From an uncultured Gemmatimonadota bacterium (GTDB lineage Bacteria > JAAXHH01): a stretch of DNA of 64,000 bases. Below the pieces are notes generated by a model. That model searched no databases. It saw nothing but the letters and a program-made list of their open reading frames with translations, and had not been told where the DNA came from. Shown in pieces: positions 28,466-37,816 of the stretch. Made by a program: the position numbers and the translations under genes. Within the stretch, counting starts at the first letter, position 1. The number at the start of each line of letters is the position of its first letter. The DNA is taken from assembly GCA_951812955.1 (NCBI GenBank), contig OX638340.1, positions 2,304,001 to 2,368,000 on the forward strand. Reading direction: 5' to 3'.

Positions 28466-29911
28466 TTGAGTCAGCGTGTAATCGCCATGCCGGCCGGCCG
28501 TTGCGATCTGGGCTTCGCACGGATCGATATCACCCCGCCCGAGGGGATATACCACCGCAGCTGGGGCGCGGCGAAGCATGACGCGTCCACGGGCGCACAC
28601 CGGGAACTGACCGCTTCCGCGCTGGTCTTCGTGGATCCCGGTTCGGGGGTGGAACACGCCCTCGTCGTCCTCGAACTGGGCTGGCTGCAGGCCGTCGACC
28701 TGCAGCGTCTTTCGGATACCGTCTCTTCCGGTTCGGGCCTGCCCGCCGAACGCGTCGTCATCACCTTCTCCCATACCCACGCCGCGGGCAACTACGATCC
28801 GGATCGACTGGAGCACGAGGGCGGCGCGCTGATCCCGGGATACCTGGACGAACTCGGCAAGGGACTGGCCGGCCTCGTGGAAGATGCCAGGGCCGCCGTG
28901 CTGCCGGTCGACCTGGCCTTCGGGCTCGGCCGCTGCGACCTGGCGTTTAACCGTGACTACTGGGACGCGGAAAACCGGCTGTATGCCTGCGGGACCAACC
29001 CGGAACGAGCCGCCGACGACACGGTCGTGGTCACGCGCGCCAGCGACCGGGAAGGCGGGTTGGTCGTCACCCTCGTCAACTATGGCTGCCATCCCACGAC
29101 CCTGGCCTGGGACAATACGCTGATCAGCCCCGACTACCCCGGCGCCATGCGGGAGGTCGTGGAACGGGAAACCGGCGCGCCCTGCGTGTTCATGCTGGGC
29201 GCAAGCGGCGATCTCGGTCCGCGGTACGGGTTCGTGGGCGAAACGGCGGCGGCGGACCGGAACGGCCGTCAGCTGGGCTATGCCGCGCTGTCGGCCATGG
29301 AGTCCCTGCTGCCTGACGGCTCAGAAATGCATTACGACGGCCCCGTGATATCGGGCGCCACCATAGGGGTCTGGCTACACAGCCCCATGGATGCCGGACG
29401 CGCCCGGCGGCTCGAAACCTTCGACTCCTCCGTGATGACGCTGGACCTGCCCCTGCTGGACCTGCCCACGCAGGCGGAACTGGACCGGCAGCTTGCCGAA
29501 TGGATGTCCCGCGAAGAAACCGCCAGGCGGGACGGGCGAAACCGGGAAGCCGCCGATTGTCGCGCCCGCATTGAACGGGTTCGGCGGACCATGCGGCGCG
29601 TCGAAAGCATTCCGCCGGACAGAAAGTCCGCCCCCTACGGTGTCACGCTCTGGCGCATCGGCGAAAGCGTCCTCGTGCTGGTCAGCGGCGAACCCTACAG
29701 CGTGTTCCAGCGCGAACTCAGGGCGCGCTTTCCGGCTACCGCCATCGTCGTGGTCGTCCTGTGCAACAGGGGAACGGGCGGTTACCTGCTGCCCGCGGAC
29801 GACTACGGCAAGGGCCTCTACCAGGAAGAGGCCGCGTCGATCGGTCCGGGCGGGCTCGAAGCGGCGACCGACGCGATTGCGCGGCAGCTTGCAGCCTGGG
29901 GCCTGAAGTAG
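28466..29911 (+). CDS. Hypothetical hydrolase, possibly neutral/alkaline ceramidase-like
   Basis: The N-terminal pattern GFARIDITPPEG resembles the neutral ceramidase N-domain. The assignment is weak. Confidence 0.35.
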   Translation: MSQRVIAMPAGRCDLGFARIDITPPEGIYHRSWGAAKHDASTGAHRELTASALVFVDPGSGVEHALVVLELGWLQAVDLQRLSDTVSSGSGLPAERVVITFSHTHAAGNYDPDRLEHEGGALIPGYLDELGKGLAGLVEDARAAVLPVDLAFGLGRCDLAFNRDYWDAENRLYACGTNPERAADDTVVVTRASDREGGLVVTLVNYGCHPTTLAWDNTLISPDYPGAMREVVERETGAPCVFMLGASGDLGPRYGFVGETAAADRNGRQLGYAALSAMESLLPDGSEMHYDGPVISGATIGVWLHSPMDAGRARRLETFDSSVMTLDLPLLDLPTQAELDRQLAEWMSREETARRDGRNREAADCRARIERVRRTMRRVESIPPDRKSAPYGVTLWRIGESVLVLVSGEPYSVFQRELRARFPATAIVVVVLCNRGTGGYLLPADDYGKGLYQEEAASIGPGGLEAATDAIARQLAAWGLK

Positions 29912-30003
29912 CAGGATGCCCGTCCCCGAGGGCGTCTACGGCCGGGACGGGGCGCAACCAATCGGAACCTGGAACAGGATGCAGATCAGACAGGAGCGGT
30001 GAC

Positions 30004-31146
30004 ATGGCAGCAGGCAACACGGTAGAAGGCAACACGGCAGAAGGCAACATGACAACAGGCAACTTACGTATCGGGCTCATCGGGCTCGGAACGGTGTGCG
30101 AATACGTGCATTACCCTGGGTTCTCCCGTATTCCGGGCGTGGAAATCGCCGGGCTGTGCGAGGTGGACGGGGATCTGCTGGCCCGCAGACAGGCACAGTG
30201 GGGCGTCGCGGATGGTTTCACGGACGTGGACCGGTTCCTGGCCACCGTCAAACCGGACGCCGTGGCCGTCGCCGTGCCGAACGTGTATCACCGCGATATC
30301 GTGATTAAATCCGTCGAGGCGGGTTGTCACGTGCTCTGTGAAAAACCCATCGGCATGACCGTAGCGGAGACCGTGGATATGTACGTATCCGCCAGAAACG
30401 CAGGCGTTCGCCACATGACCGCCTTTACCTACCGGTTCGTACCGGGCATGCGCTACCTGAAGCACCTGGTCGACGAAGGGCAACTCGGCGAGATACGCCA
30501 CGCGCGCTTCCAGCGCCTCCAGGACTGGGGCGAACATTCCGTGGGATGGCGCCAGTACCGGCGCATGGCCGCCACGGGGGAACTCGGGGACATGGGCATA
30601 CACCGCATCGACTTCGCCGAGGACCTGCTCGGTCCGATCAAGTCGGTGTGCGCGTCACTGAAGCAGGTCATTCCCCGGGACCGGACGGAGGACGGAAGGC
30701 CCTGCGAACCGCAGGACGTGGAGGACTGGGTCGCCTGGATCGCCGAATTCGAATCGGGGACCACGGGCGTATTCGAGATGGGAAAACTGACCAAGGGCCA
30801 CGGGCCCGGGGGTGATCACGACATCTGCGAGTTGAACGGGACCATCGGATCCGCCGCCTACCGGCTTCACACGCCCTGTGCCATCCTGGCCGGTCCGCGC
30901 CGCGCCAGATACCGGAGACGCCGTGTGCCTGCGGGCTTCCTCACCGTGCCCGGTTCTCCCCGCGACCCGAAAGAAGGCGATCCTGCACAGACTTTTCGTT
31001 TCGACCAGGCCTGGGAGTTCGTCTGTGCCATCCGCGAGGAACGGGACTGCGTGCCTTCCTTCTACCACGGCATGCGCGCACAGGTCGTCGCGGAGGCTAT
31101 CCTCGAGGCGGCCGAGTCCCGGAGGTGGGTGGACGTGCCGGCTTGA
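30004..31146 (+). CDS. Gfo/Idh/MocA-family NAD(P)-dependent oxidoreductase
   Basis: Rossmann N-terminus LRIGLIGLGTV...YVHYPGF. The conserved EKP motif is present (VLCEKPIGMT). The start was chosen at the ATG with an aggagc SD 7 nt upstream. The N-terminal residues (GNTVEGNTAEGNMTTGN) are encoded by 15-bp tandem repeats. Confidence 0.8.
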   Translation: MAAGNTVEGNTAEGNMTTGNLRIGLIGLGTVCEYVHYPGFSRIPGVEIAGLCEVDGDLLARRQAQWGVADGFTDVDRFLATVKPDAVAVAVPNVYHRDIVIKSVEAGCHVLCEKPIGMTVAETVDMYVSARNAGVRHMTAFTYRFVPGMRYLKHLVDEGQLGEIRHARFQRLQDWGEHSVGWRQYRRMAATGELGDMGIHRIDFAEDLLGPIKSVCASLKQVIPRDRTEDGRPCEPQDVEDWVAWIAEFESGTTGVFEMGKLTKGHGPGGDHDICELNGTIGSAAYRLHTPCAILAGPRRARYRRRRVPAGFLTVPGSPRDPKEGDPAQTFRFDQAWEFVCAIREERDCVPSFYHGMRAQVVAEAILEAAESRRWVDVPA

Positions 31147-31372
31147 ACCGGTATCGGGCCGGTCCGCCTGCCGGACAGGCTGAAATCCCACACCACCGAA
31201 TTTTCATTTCATCGTCATGGTTTCGTCATACTTGGCCCTTATCTTACGACCGTTCTGACGATGGGACACATAGTCCCGGCACAAGCCGGGCATAGTGACC
31301 ACAGATATCGCAGGGTGCCCGTGACCGTTGGGTACCCGATTGTCCTGACGGGTCAATTTTGGAGGAGAAGCC

Positions 31373-32311
31373 GTGAAAGCTCTGAGCTACCTGTTCATCG
31401 CAACGCTACTGGTTTTACCGGTCCAGCGGTCCCAGGCCGGCGTCGGTCAGGCCGGCGGACTGTTCCTGCAGATCGCGCCCGACGCGAGGTCCACGGCCAT
31501 GGGCGAGACCGGCGTTGCCCACGCCCGCGGCGCACAGGTCCCTGCGTGGAATCCCGGCGGACTGGGATACCTCGAGTACAACGGGCTTTCGGGAACCTAT
31601 TTCAAATGGCTGCCTTACCTGGCAGACGATCTCTACTACCTGCATTTCTCCTACGTGCGCCCGGTCGAAGGCATAGGCACATTCGGCGTCAGCGTTCCCT
31701 ATCTTTCATTGGGAGAACAGGAAAGAGTCAATGCGGCAGGGGACAGCCAGGGCACGTTCAGCAGTTCGGACATGGCGGTGTCCCTTTCTTACGGAACCCT
31801 TCTCAACGATCGCCTGGGAATCGGTTCCAATCTGAAGCTCATACGCAGCGCCCTGTCCGATGAGGACAATGGGGTGGGGACGAGTTTCGCCCTGGATATC
31901 GGAGTGACCGCCCGCGTCCTGCCTCGACTCACCTTGGCCGGCGTCGTGCAGAACCTGGGCAAGGATATCAAATATGTTGATCCGGACCAGGGAGATCCGC
32001 TGTACAGGAACCTCAAGATTGGGGCCGCGCTCATGGCGCTGGAAGACGAGTCGAACAGCCTGTTGATTGCCGTCGACCTGAACCGTATGCTCCTGGAGGA
32101 CAGCGGAAACGTCCTGAACCTCGGGCTGGAATACTGGTACCAGGGTATGATCGCGCTGCGTACGGGGTACGTGCACGACCCGGAGGGCGATGTGAAAACA
32201 CCCACCTTCGGCGGCGGCCTGCAGTGGAAGATGTACCGCCTCGACTTCAGCTACACCACGAGTTCGACGCTTCAGGACATTACCAAGTTCACCATTTCAG
32301 CCAGGTTCTGA
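31373..32311 (+). CDS. Outer-membrane beta-barrel protein of the PorV/PorQ-like (T9SS-associated) family
   Basis: Signal peptide is present. The N-terminal signature GGLFLQIAPDARSTAMGETGVAHARGAQVPAWNPGGL matches the PorV/PorQ-type motif (G..FL.i...AR..amG...vA...a....NPAgL). GTG start with a ggaggag SD. Confidence 0.55.
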   Translation: MKALSYLFIATLLVLPVQRSQAGVGQAGGLFLQIAPDARSTAMGETGVAHARGAQVPAWNPGGLGYLEYNGLSGTYFKWLPYLADDLYYLHFSYVRPVEGIGTFGVSVPYLSLGEQERVNAAGDSQGTFSSSDMAVSLSYGTLLNDRLGIGSNLKLIRSALSDEDNGVGTSFALDIGVTARVLPRLTLAGVVQNLGKDIKYVDPDQGDPLYRNLKIGAALMALEDESNSLLIAVDLNRMLLEDSGNVLNLGLEYWYQGMIALRTGYVHDPEGDVKTPTFGGGLQWKMYRLDFSYTTSSTLQDITKFTISARF

Positions 32312-32408
32312 GCAGGCCCGACGAAGCGCGCCGGCAAAGGGCTTTTGGTGAGGACCCGCCGGGCCTTACAGGCAGCAGGCAGAGCGCCGCGCCTGCCAGG
32401 CACGCGTG

Positions 32409-33261
32409 TTACCGGGAAGGGGCCTGCGTTTCGATGAGCCTGATCTGGAAGAGCAGGGGCCACCACTTTCCGGTGACGAAGAGCCGGTCGCCCGCGGCAT
32501 CGAAGGCGATGCCGTTGAGCACGTCTACCGTGCCGCCCCGCAGATCCTGCCCGCCGGCTTCGAGCAATCCCTCCAGGTCGATCCACCCGGTCACCCCGCC
32601 GGTTTCGGGATCGATGCGGGCGATGCGGTCCTCCTGCCAGATGTTGGCGTAGATTTCGCCCTTCACGTACTCCAGTTCGTTCAGAAAACGCACCGGGCCG
32701 TTCTCGTCCCGCACGACCACCCTTCCGGTCTCCTCGAAGGTCACCTTGTCACGGAAATACAGGATGGACGACCCGTCGCTCACGATGAACCGCGCGCCGT
32801 CGTACGTTATGCCCCATCCCTCACCGGGATAGGAAACGCTCCGTAACAATTCGAAGGTCTCCATGTCGTAGATAAAACCGACGCCCGATTTCCAGGTGAG
32901 TTGTATGATCTTGTCGTCGTAAAGGGCGAGTCCCTCTCCGAAGATCGTCGCGGAAAGCCGGCGGATCCGTTCCACTTCGCCGGTCTGCAACGCCACCCGG
33001 CGCAGGGTGGATTGGCCGTAGTTCCCCGTGCTCTCGTACAGCGTATCGCCCATAATCGCCAGCCCCTGTGTGAAGGCGCCGGTATCGTGGGGGTACGAAC
33101 GGACCACCTCGTAGGCATAGGTCTTTGCCGCGGCCGCCGTGGTCCCGTTTCCGTCCGGCGTATCGGTGGCGGAACCGGTGCTCGAATTCGTCGGTTCGGT
33201 ACAGGCGGCGATGCCGAACAGGCCCGCCAGGCAGATCCAAACGGCGCAGGTATTCCGGATC
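32409..33261 (-). CDS. Glutamine cyclotransferase (bacterial/plant-type glutaminyl cyclase), lipoprotein
   Basis: ...YPHDTGAFTQGL...STGNYGQSTLRRV...EGWGITYDG... beta-propeller signature. N-terminus MIRNTCAVWICLAGLFGIAAC is a lipobox. The upstream part of the tracked ORF is GC noise. Confidence 0.85.
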
Positions 33262-33760
33262 ATGGGACCCTTTCCTGCAACTTTCGATACATGATGTGGG
33301 CATCGACCAGGCCGTGATCGGGATGACTGAACGCGGCCGGTATGGTGCCGGCTATCGTAAACCCCAGGTCCTGCCAGAGCGCCACGGCCCGGAGGTTCGT
33401 GCTTACGACCATGTTGAACTGCATGGCCAGGAATCCCTCCCGGCGCGCTTCGTCGAGGGCGTGCGCTCCCATCGCCCGTCCCACGCCGCGGCCCTGGAAG
33501 CCCGGATCGACCATGAACCCCGCGTTCGCCACGTGGGCGCCCTGCCCGGGCTGGTTCGGCCGGAGAAAGTAGGTGCCCACCACCTCGCTCCCTTCCAGCG
33601 CGATGTAAGTCAGGTTCGGCGGCGCCATCCACAGCACGCGCGCTTCCTCTCTGCCCGTGTCGGGCGGATAGGGATAGGTGTCCGCCCGCCGGACGACCCG
33701 GTGGAAGATCTGCCAGATGGATTCGAAGTCGTCCTCGCCCGCTTGTCTGATCCGGATCAT
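33260..33760 (-). CDS. GNAT-family N-acetyltransferase
   Basis: Acetyl-CoA binding motif QGRGVGRAMG. Length 166 aa. Confidence 0.85.
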   Translation of the reverse strand: MIRIRQAGEDDFESIWQIFHRVVRRADTYPYPPDTGREEARVLWMAPPNLTYIALEGSEVVGTYFLRPNQPGQGAHVANAGFMVDPGFQGRGVGRAMGAHALDEARREGFLAMQFNMVVSTNLRAVALWQDLGFTIAGTIPAAFSHPDHGLVDAHIMYRKLQERVP

Positions 33761-34824
33761 CCCGCCCCTCTATCCAGTAGCATGGATTCGATCGTCTTCC
33801 TTTTCCGCGCCCGGGCGATGTCCAACGCCGTGGCGCCTTCCAGGTCCCTGATCGACGGATCCGCCCCCTGGTCGAACAGATACTGGACGAAGTCTCTACC
33901 TGCACCGCGGACGGCGGCCCAATGGAGCGCGGTGCGCCCGCGGTGATCGTCGGCGCCGTTCACACTGGCGCCGCGGTCGATCAGGAACCGGGCCATTTTG
34001 TACGAACCGTACTGCACCAGTTCGCTCAAGGTGTCGTCCACCGCGGGATGCCGGATGTCCGCTCCGGCCGCCAGCAGCATTTCCACGGAATCGTAATCCA
34101 CGCTCCACAGTGCGTTGATCAGGCCGGGATCGGGTTTCGCCCCGGCGTCCAGCAACGCCTGCATCATGGCCGGGTTTCCGATGGCGGAAGTCAACGCGGG
34201 AGGAGGCCGGTTTACTTCGGCACCCCGTACAAGGAGCAGCTTGACAATCGCCTCTAGGCGTGCCGCGGTTTCCTCATCATCCCGGCCCGCCTTGGAAGCC
34301 GTACCGTAGTTCAGGGGACGCCACCTGTTCTCGTCCACCGCGTTGACAAGGCCCGCGTCCCCGTCGAGCAGCGTCCTGACACGATCCGCCTCGCCAAGTG
34401 CCACGCTGGTGAAAATATCCCAATCCTCGATGTGCTTCCGGATCACCGGCAGAAACTGGATCTCCCCGCCCACGGCGGCGAGACAGGGCGCCGTCATGCG
34501 GCCGTGACCACCTCGCAGGTCGATACGGGCACCGTGTTCGAGGAGGACGCGGACGGTCTCGACGTGGTGCGGACCCTTGGGAATTGTCTTCTTGTGTTCC
34601 AGCACCCGGTGCAGGGGACGGTGCCGGTGGTTGTTCTTGCTCAGCACGTTGGGATCGGCGCCATGATCCAGCAGGATCCGCACGATCGCCTTGCTCCCCA
34701 CGAAGGCGGCGGTCATGATGGGCTGCCAGTGCGCGGCGGCATCGGGGTCTTCCTTCAACAGGGCTTTCACCGCGTCGAAGTCGCTGGACCAGGCGGCCTG
34801 GGTAAGTTGTTTCTCAACGGCCAT
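33757..34824 (-). CDS. Ankyrin-repeat protein
   Basis: Multiple 33-aa ankyrin repeats (...G.TALH.AA..G....V..LL..GAD...). Confidence 0.85.
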   Translation of the reverse strand: MAVEKQLTQAAWSSDFDAVKALLKEDPDAAAHWQPIMTAAFVGSKAIVRILLDHGADPNVLSKNNHRHRPLHRVLEHKKTIPKGPHHVETVRVLLEHGARIDLRGGHGRMTAPCLAAVGGEIQFLPVIRKHIEDWDIFTSVALGEADRVRTLLDGDAGLVNAVDENRWRPLNYGTASKAGRDDEETAARLEAIVKLLLVRGAEVNRPPPALTSAIGNPAMMQALLDAGAKPDPGLINALWSVDYDSVEMLLAAGADIRHPAVDDTLSELVQYGSYKMARFLIDRGASVNGADDHRGRTALHWAAVRGAGRDFVQYLFDQGADPSIRDLEGATALDIARARKRKTIESMLLDRGAG

Positions 34825-34848
34825 GCGTATTTTACTCCATACTCCTAA

Positions 34849-34966
34849 AGTACCTGGCAGCCACCTTGATCAATACCGTACGGCCACTTCTTCTCAGTAC
34901 CGTACGGCCATCTCGATCAGTACCTGACAGCCACTCGTCCTCAGTACCGTACGGCCACCTTGATCA
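34849..34966. repeat. Five tandem ~24-bp units that are degenerate copies of the last 8 codons plus stop of the Zn-ADH gene
   Basis: Units: agtacctggcagccaccttgatca / ataccgtacggccacttcttctc / agtaccgtacggccatctcgatc / agtacctgacagccactcgtcctc / agtaccgtacggccaccttgatca. The last unit is the true 3' end (I K V A V R Y *). Confidence 0.8.
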
Positions 34967-36002
34967 CCTCGTCGGGCGCGTGGCGCATCTTGCCGTACGC
35001 TTCGGGCAATTCGTCCGGCGTCACGACGGGATCGGGCAGTCCGTGAGGATGGAGCGTGCCGTCCCGGAAGAGGCGTACCAGGGTTTCGAGTATACGGCCT
35101 TCTTCCCAGAACAGGCCGCGCTGCGGATGGCTGCAGGCCCGCGCCGAGACGATATCGATCTGATTGAAATGGAACTCCTCGCCCAGGTACAGGCCCTTCG
35201 CGTCTCCCAGGTAGAAAGCCAGGGGAACGACCTTGCCCGCGTACCGGGTCGCGCGGATGGCTTGATTGAGGGCGTGGTAGCTTCCGCTGGCCTCGATGGT
35301 GACGTCCGCGCCGTGTTCGAGCCACCTGCGCGACGCCATGCCGAAATCGCCGACCTCACCCGGATCGACCGCCAGGGTAGCCCCGTGCTCCCGGGCCAGT
35401 GCCCGCCGCCGCGCGATCGGGTCGACCGCCACCACGTCGACCGCACCGGACAGCCGCGCCAGCTGGACCGTGAAGAGCCCGATGGCGCCCATACCGAATA
35501 CGATGACCCGCTCGCCGATCCGCACCTGTCCGTCCCGCACGGCCGCCAGGGCGAAATTGGCGGGATCCATGCAGCAAGCCGCCGCCTCGGTCAACCCCGG
35601 GAGCAGCGGCTTGAAATGACGGCCCTGGTGGACCGTCCTGAATCCCCCGTAGCCATATACCCGGTCTCCTTCCTTCAGACCTTCGACTTCCTTGCCAGCG
35701 GCCATGACCGTCCCCACCGTCGTATTGCCCACCGGCTTCCAGGTCGTCGGGTCGTAAGGGTTCAGGCGTGACCGGTCGAAGACCCTGCCTTCCTGGTCCA
35801 TGGGTACGTTCGAGTATATGGACTCACCCGTGATCTCGCCCTTTTCCGTCCCGTGTTTCGCCGCGGAGAACTCGCTGCGGACACGGACTTCATCGGGGCC
35901 GAGTTCGCCCAGCGTATAGTGTTCCCAGCGGGGTTTAAAGGCGTTGTTGCAAACCAGTTGCAGCAGTTCGATGCCATCCACGGCGGCCATTCCGTCCTCC
36001 AT
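34941..36002 (-). CDS. Zinc-dependent alcohol dehydrogenase / MDR superfamily (threonine dehydrogenase-like)
   Basis: MDR fold with an NAD-binding GxGxxG region (VIVFGMGAIG). Length ~353 aa. Confidence 0.8.
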   Translation of the reverse strand: MEDGMAAVDGIELLQLVCNNAFKPRWEHYTLGELGPDEVRVRSEFSAAKHGTEKGEITGESIYSNVPMDQEGRVFDRSRLNPYDPTTWKPVGNTTVGTVMAAGKEVEGLKEGDRVYGYGGFRTVHQGRHFKPLLPGLTEAAACCMDPANFALAAVRDGQVRIGERVIVFGMGAIGLFTVQLARLSGAVDVVAVDPIARRRALAREHGATLAVDPGEVGDFGMASRRWLEHGADVTIEASGSYHALNQAIRATRYAGKVVPLAFYLGDAKGLYLGEEFHFNQIDIVSARACSHPQRGLFWEEGRILETLVRLFRDGTLHPHGLPDPVVTPDELPEAYGKMRHAPDEVIKVAVRY

Positions 36003-36094
36003 TATCGCTTCTTACGTCTATGCCCAACTGCCCTTCGATGTTGCGGTGATGCCAGGCTGCCCCTCGATGTTGCGGTGATGCCAGGACGGTTTCA

Positions 36095-37636
36095 TCAGGT
36101 CCAAATCGACTTCATACGGTATGCGTCGAGCGACAGGACCCGGCTGCCGATGCCCTGGGAGCGGAAGGACACGCCTGTGCTGTCCGGCCGGTCGGGATAG
36201 ACCCGCAGCGCGACGCACTGGCGGCCATTGGCGAATACCTCCACGACGCTTCGATCGACGAACACCCGCAGTTTCAGCGTCTCGTCCTCCTCCAGGGCCA
36301 GCTGCGCCGTCTCCGGCGCACGGGACAGAACGTCGGGTGCCGTAGACGCGTAGGAGGTGTCTACGGATAGCAGGCTCTTGCCCCGGAACCCGCGCTCCCG
36401 GAAGAAGGCGATGCGTGTGAATTCCTCCCGGTCCGGCGACCTCAGCACGTTCATCTCCACCATGGGCGACGAACCCGGGTCGATCTCCACCTCGAACTCC
36501 ATGGTGTTGCCGCCCTCCAGCGCCGGGAGCACGACCTCCTGGTTGGCCGGAAGGGCTATGGCGCCGAAATGCCTCGGCGTCTCGCGCAGCGACTTCAGAG
36601 CCTCGACCGGTTCCTGGTAAAGGTCGTCGCCGTCCGCAGTCATGCGCCGGGGCAGAGACATGATCTGGTTCCATCCCTTTGTAGGCTTGCCGTGGTTCAT
36701 GTTGAAGATAACGGCAAGACCTCCCTTCCCGTCCGGCGTGGCCGTAGGGGCGTGAAGTCCGGAAGGTTTGAACGCACCGAAATTGAACTTGGCGCCGTAG
36801 GTCACCACGAACTTGTCCCGTTCCGTGTCGTAGTCCCCGAGCAGGTACTGGGGGCCGCTCATGTGGCTGAAAAAAAGAAGGATGTGCCGGTCGCCGATGG
36901 GCCAGAAGTAGGGACAGGCGCCGTCGTCTCCCACCAGGGTGTAGTCGTCGTCCTCGACGAAGGGATGCAGGTAGGTCCAGCGGGCCAGGTCCTCGGAACG
37001 GAACAGGTAGTTCGCGCGCCTCGGCTTGCCGGCCGGGCCTTCGGGCTTCGTGCCCCCCGAGAGCGAATAGTAGACACCGTCCTTCTTCCAGATGCAAGGA
37101 TCGAAAACGTTGTACGGCGCGGGCGGACCGTCCTTTGGCGGCATGGGGATGACGGGGCCGCCGGTTACCTTCACCCAGTTGAGGAGCAGGGGATCGCTGG
37201 ATAAGGCGACCATGTTCCCCGCGACCGTGCCGTGGTACATGGCAATCACGCGGTCTTCCTCCACCAGTGCGGCGCCCGAGTAACAGCAACGCTCCGGGTT
37301 GGGATAAATGCAGTATGGCAGATCGCGCCAGCGGACGAGATCGTCCGAAATGGCATGTCCCCAGTGCTGTCGCGTGTCCTCGGGCGGATAGGCCTGGTAG
37401 AACAGGTGCCATCGTCCCTGCCAGAAGCACAGTCCGTTGGGGTCGTTGAGCATCGCCTCGGGATTCACGTAATGGTACTGCGGCCGGTGGGGATCTCCTT
37501 CGTAGCTTTTACGGGACGTGTGGAGCCGCAGCAGGAGGGGGTTGGACTCAAGCGCGGCCTCCTGCGCCTCGACGGAATCCTCTGGGAATGTGTAGTAAGG
37601 GACGAGGGATGTATAGTCTTCCATGGTGTGCTCCAT
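36095..37636 (-). CDS. Glycoside hydrolase family 32-like (clan GH-J, beta-fructofuranosidase-like) protein with divergent catalytic motifs
   Basis: NDPNG nucleophile motif and WHLFYQ block are present. YSGAAL corresponds to WSGSA. The RDP and EC motifs are altered (SDP and DGACP). Confidence 0.6.
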   Translation of the reverse strand: MEHTMEDYTSLVPYYTFPEDSVEAQEAALESNPLLLRLHTSRKSYEGDPHRPQYHYVNPEAMLNDPNGLCFWQGRWHLFYQAYPPEDTRQHWGHAISDDLVRWRDLPYCIYPNPERCCYSGAALVEEDRVIAMYHGTVAGNMVALSSDPLLLNWVKVTGGPVIPMPPKDGPPAPYNVFDPCIWKKDGVYYSLSGGTKPEGPAGKPRRANYLFRSEDLARWTYLHPFVEDDDYTLVGDDGACPYFWPIGDRHILLFFSHMSGPQYLLGDYDTERDKFVVTYGAKFNFGAFKPSGLHAPTATPDGKGGLAVIFNMNHGKPTKGWNQIMSLPRRMTADGDDLYQEPVEALKSLRETPRHFGAIALPANQEVVLPALEGGNTMEFEVEIDPGSSPMVEMNVLRSPDREEFTRIAFFRERGFRGKSLLSVDTSYASTAPDVLSRAPETAQLALEEDETLKLRVFVDRSVVEVFANGRQCVALRVYPDRPDSTGVSFRSQGIGSRVLSLDAYRMKSIWT

Positions 37637-37644
37637 GATTGGAA

Positions 37645-37810
37645 TCAGTGGCGCCTGGCGGTTTTATATGCCTCTACCGGTTTGGGTTGTCTCGGCCTGG
37701 CACGGGGCTGCCTCCGCCCGTCCGGGGTTGTCTCGGCCGGTTCCAGCTGTTTCGGCCCGGCTCCGGTTGTCTCGGCCTGGCACGGGGCTGCCTCCGCCCG
37801 TCCGGGTCCT
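37645..37810. repeat. Intergenic GC-rich tandem repeat (~41-bp unit gttgtctcggcctggcacggggctgcctccgcccgtccggg x2 with a related unit in between)
   Basis: The direct repeat is visible between the GH32-like start and the NudC stop. Confidence 0.6.
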
Positions 37811-37816
37811 GTTTCG

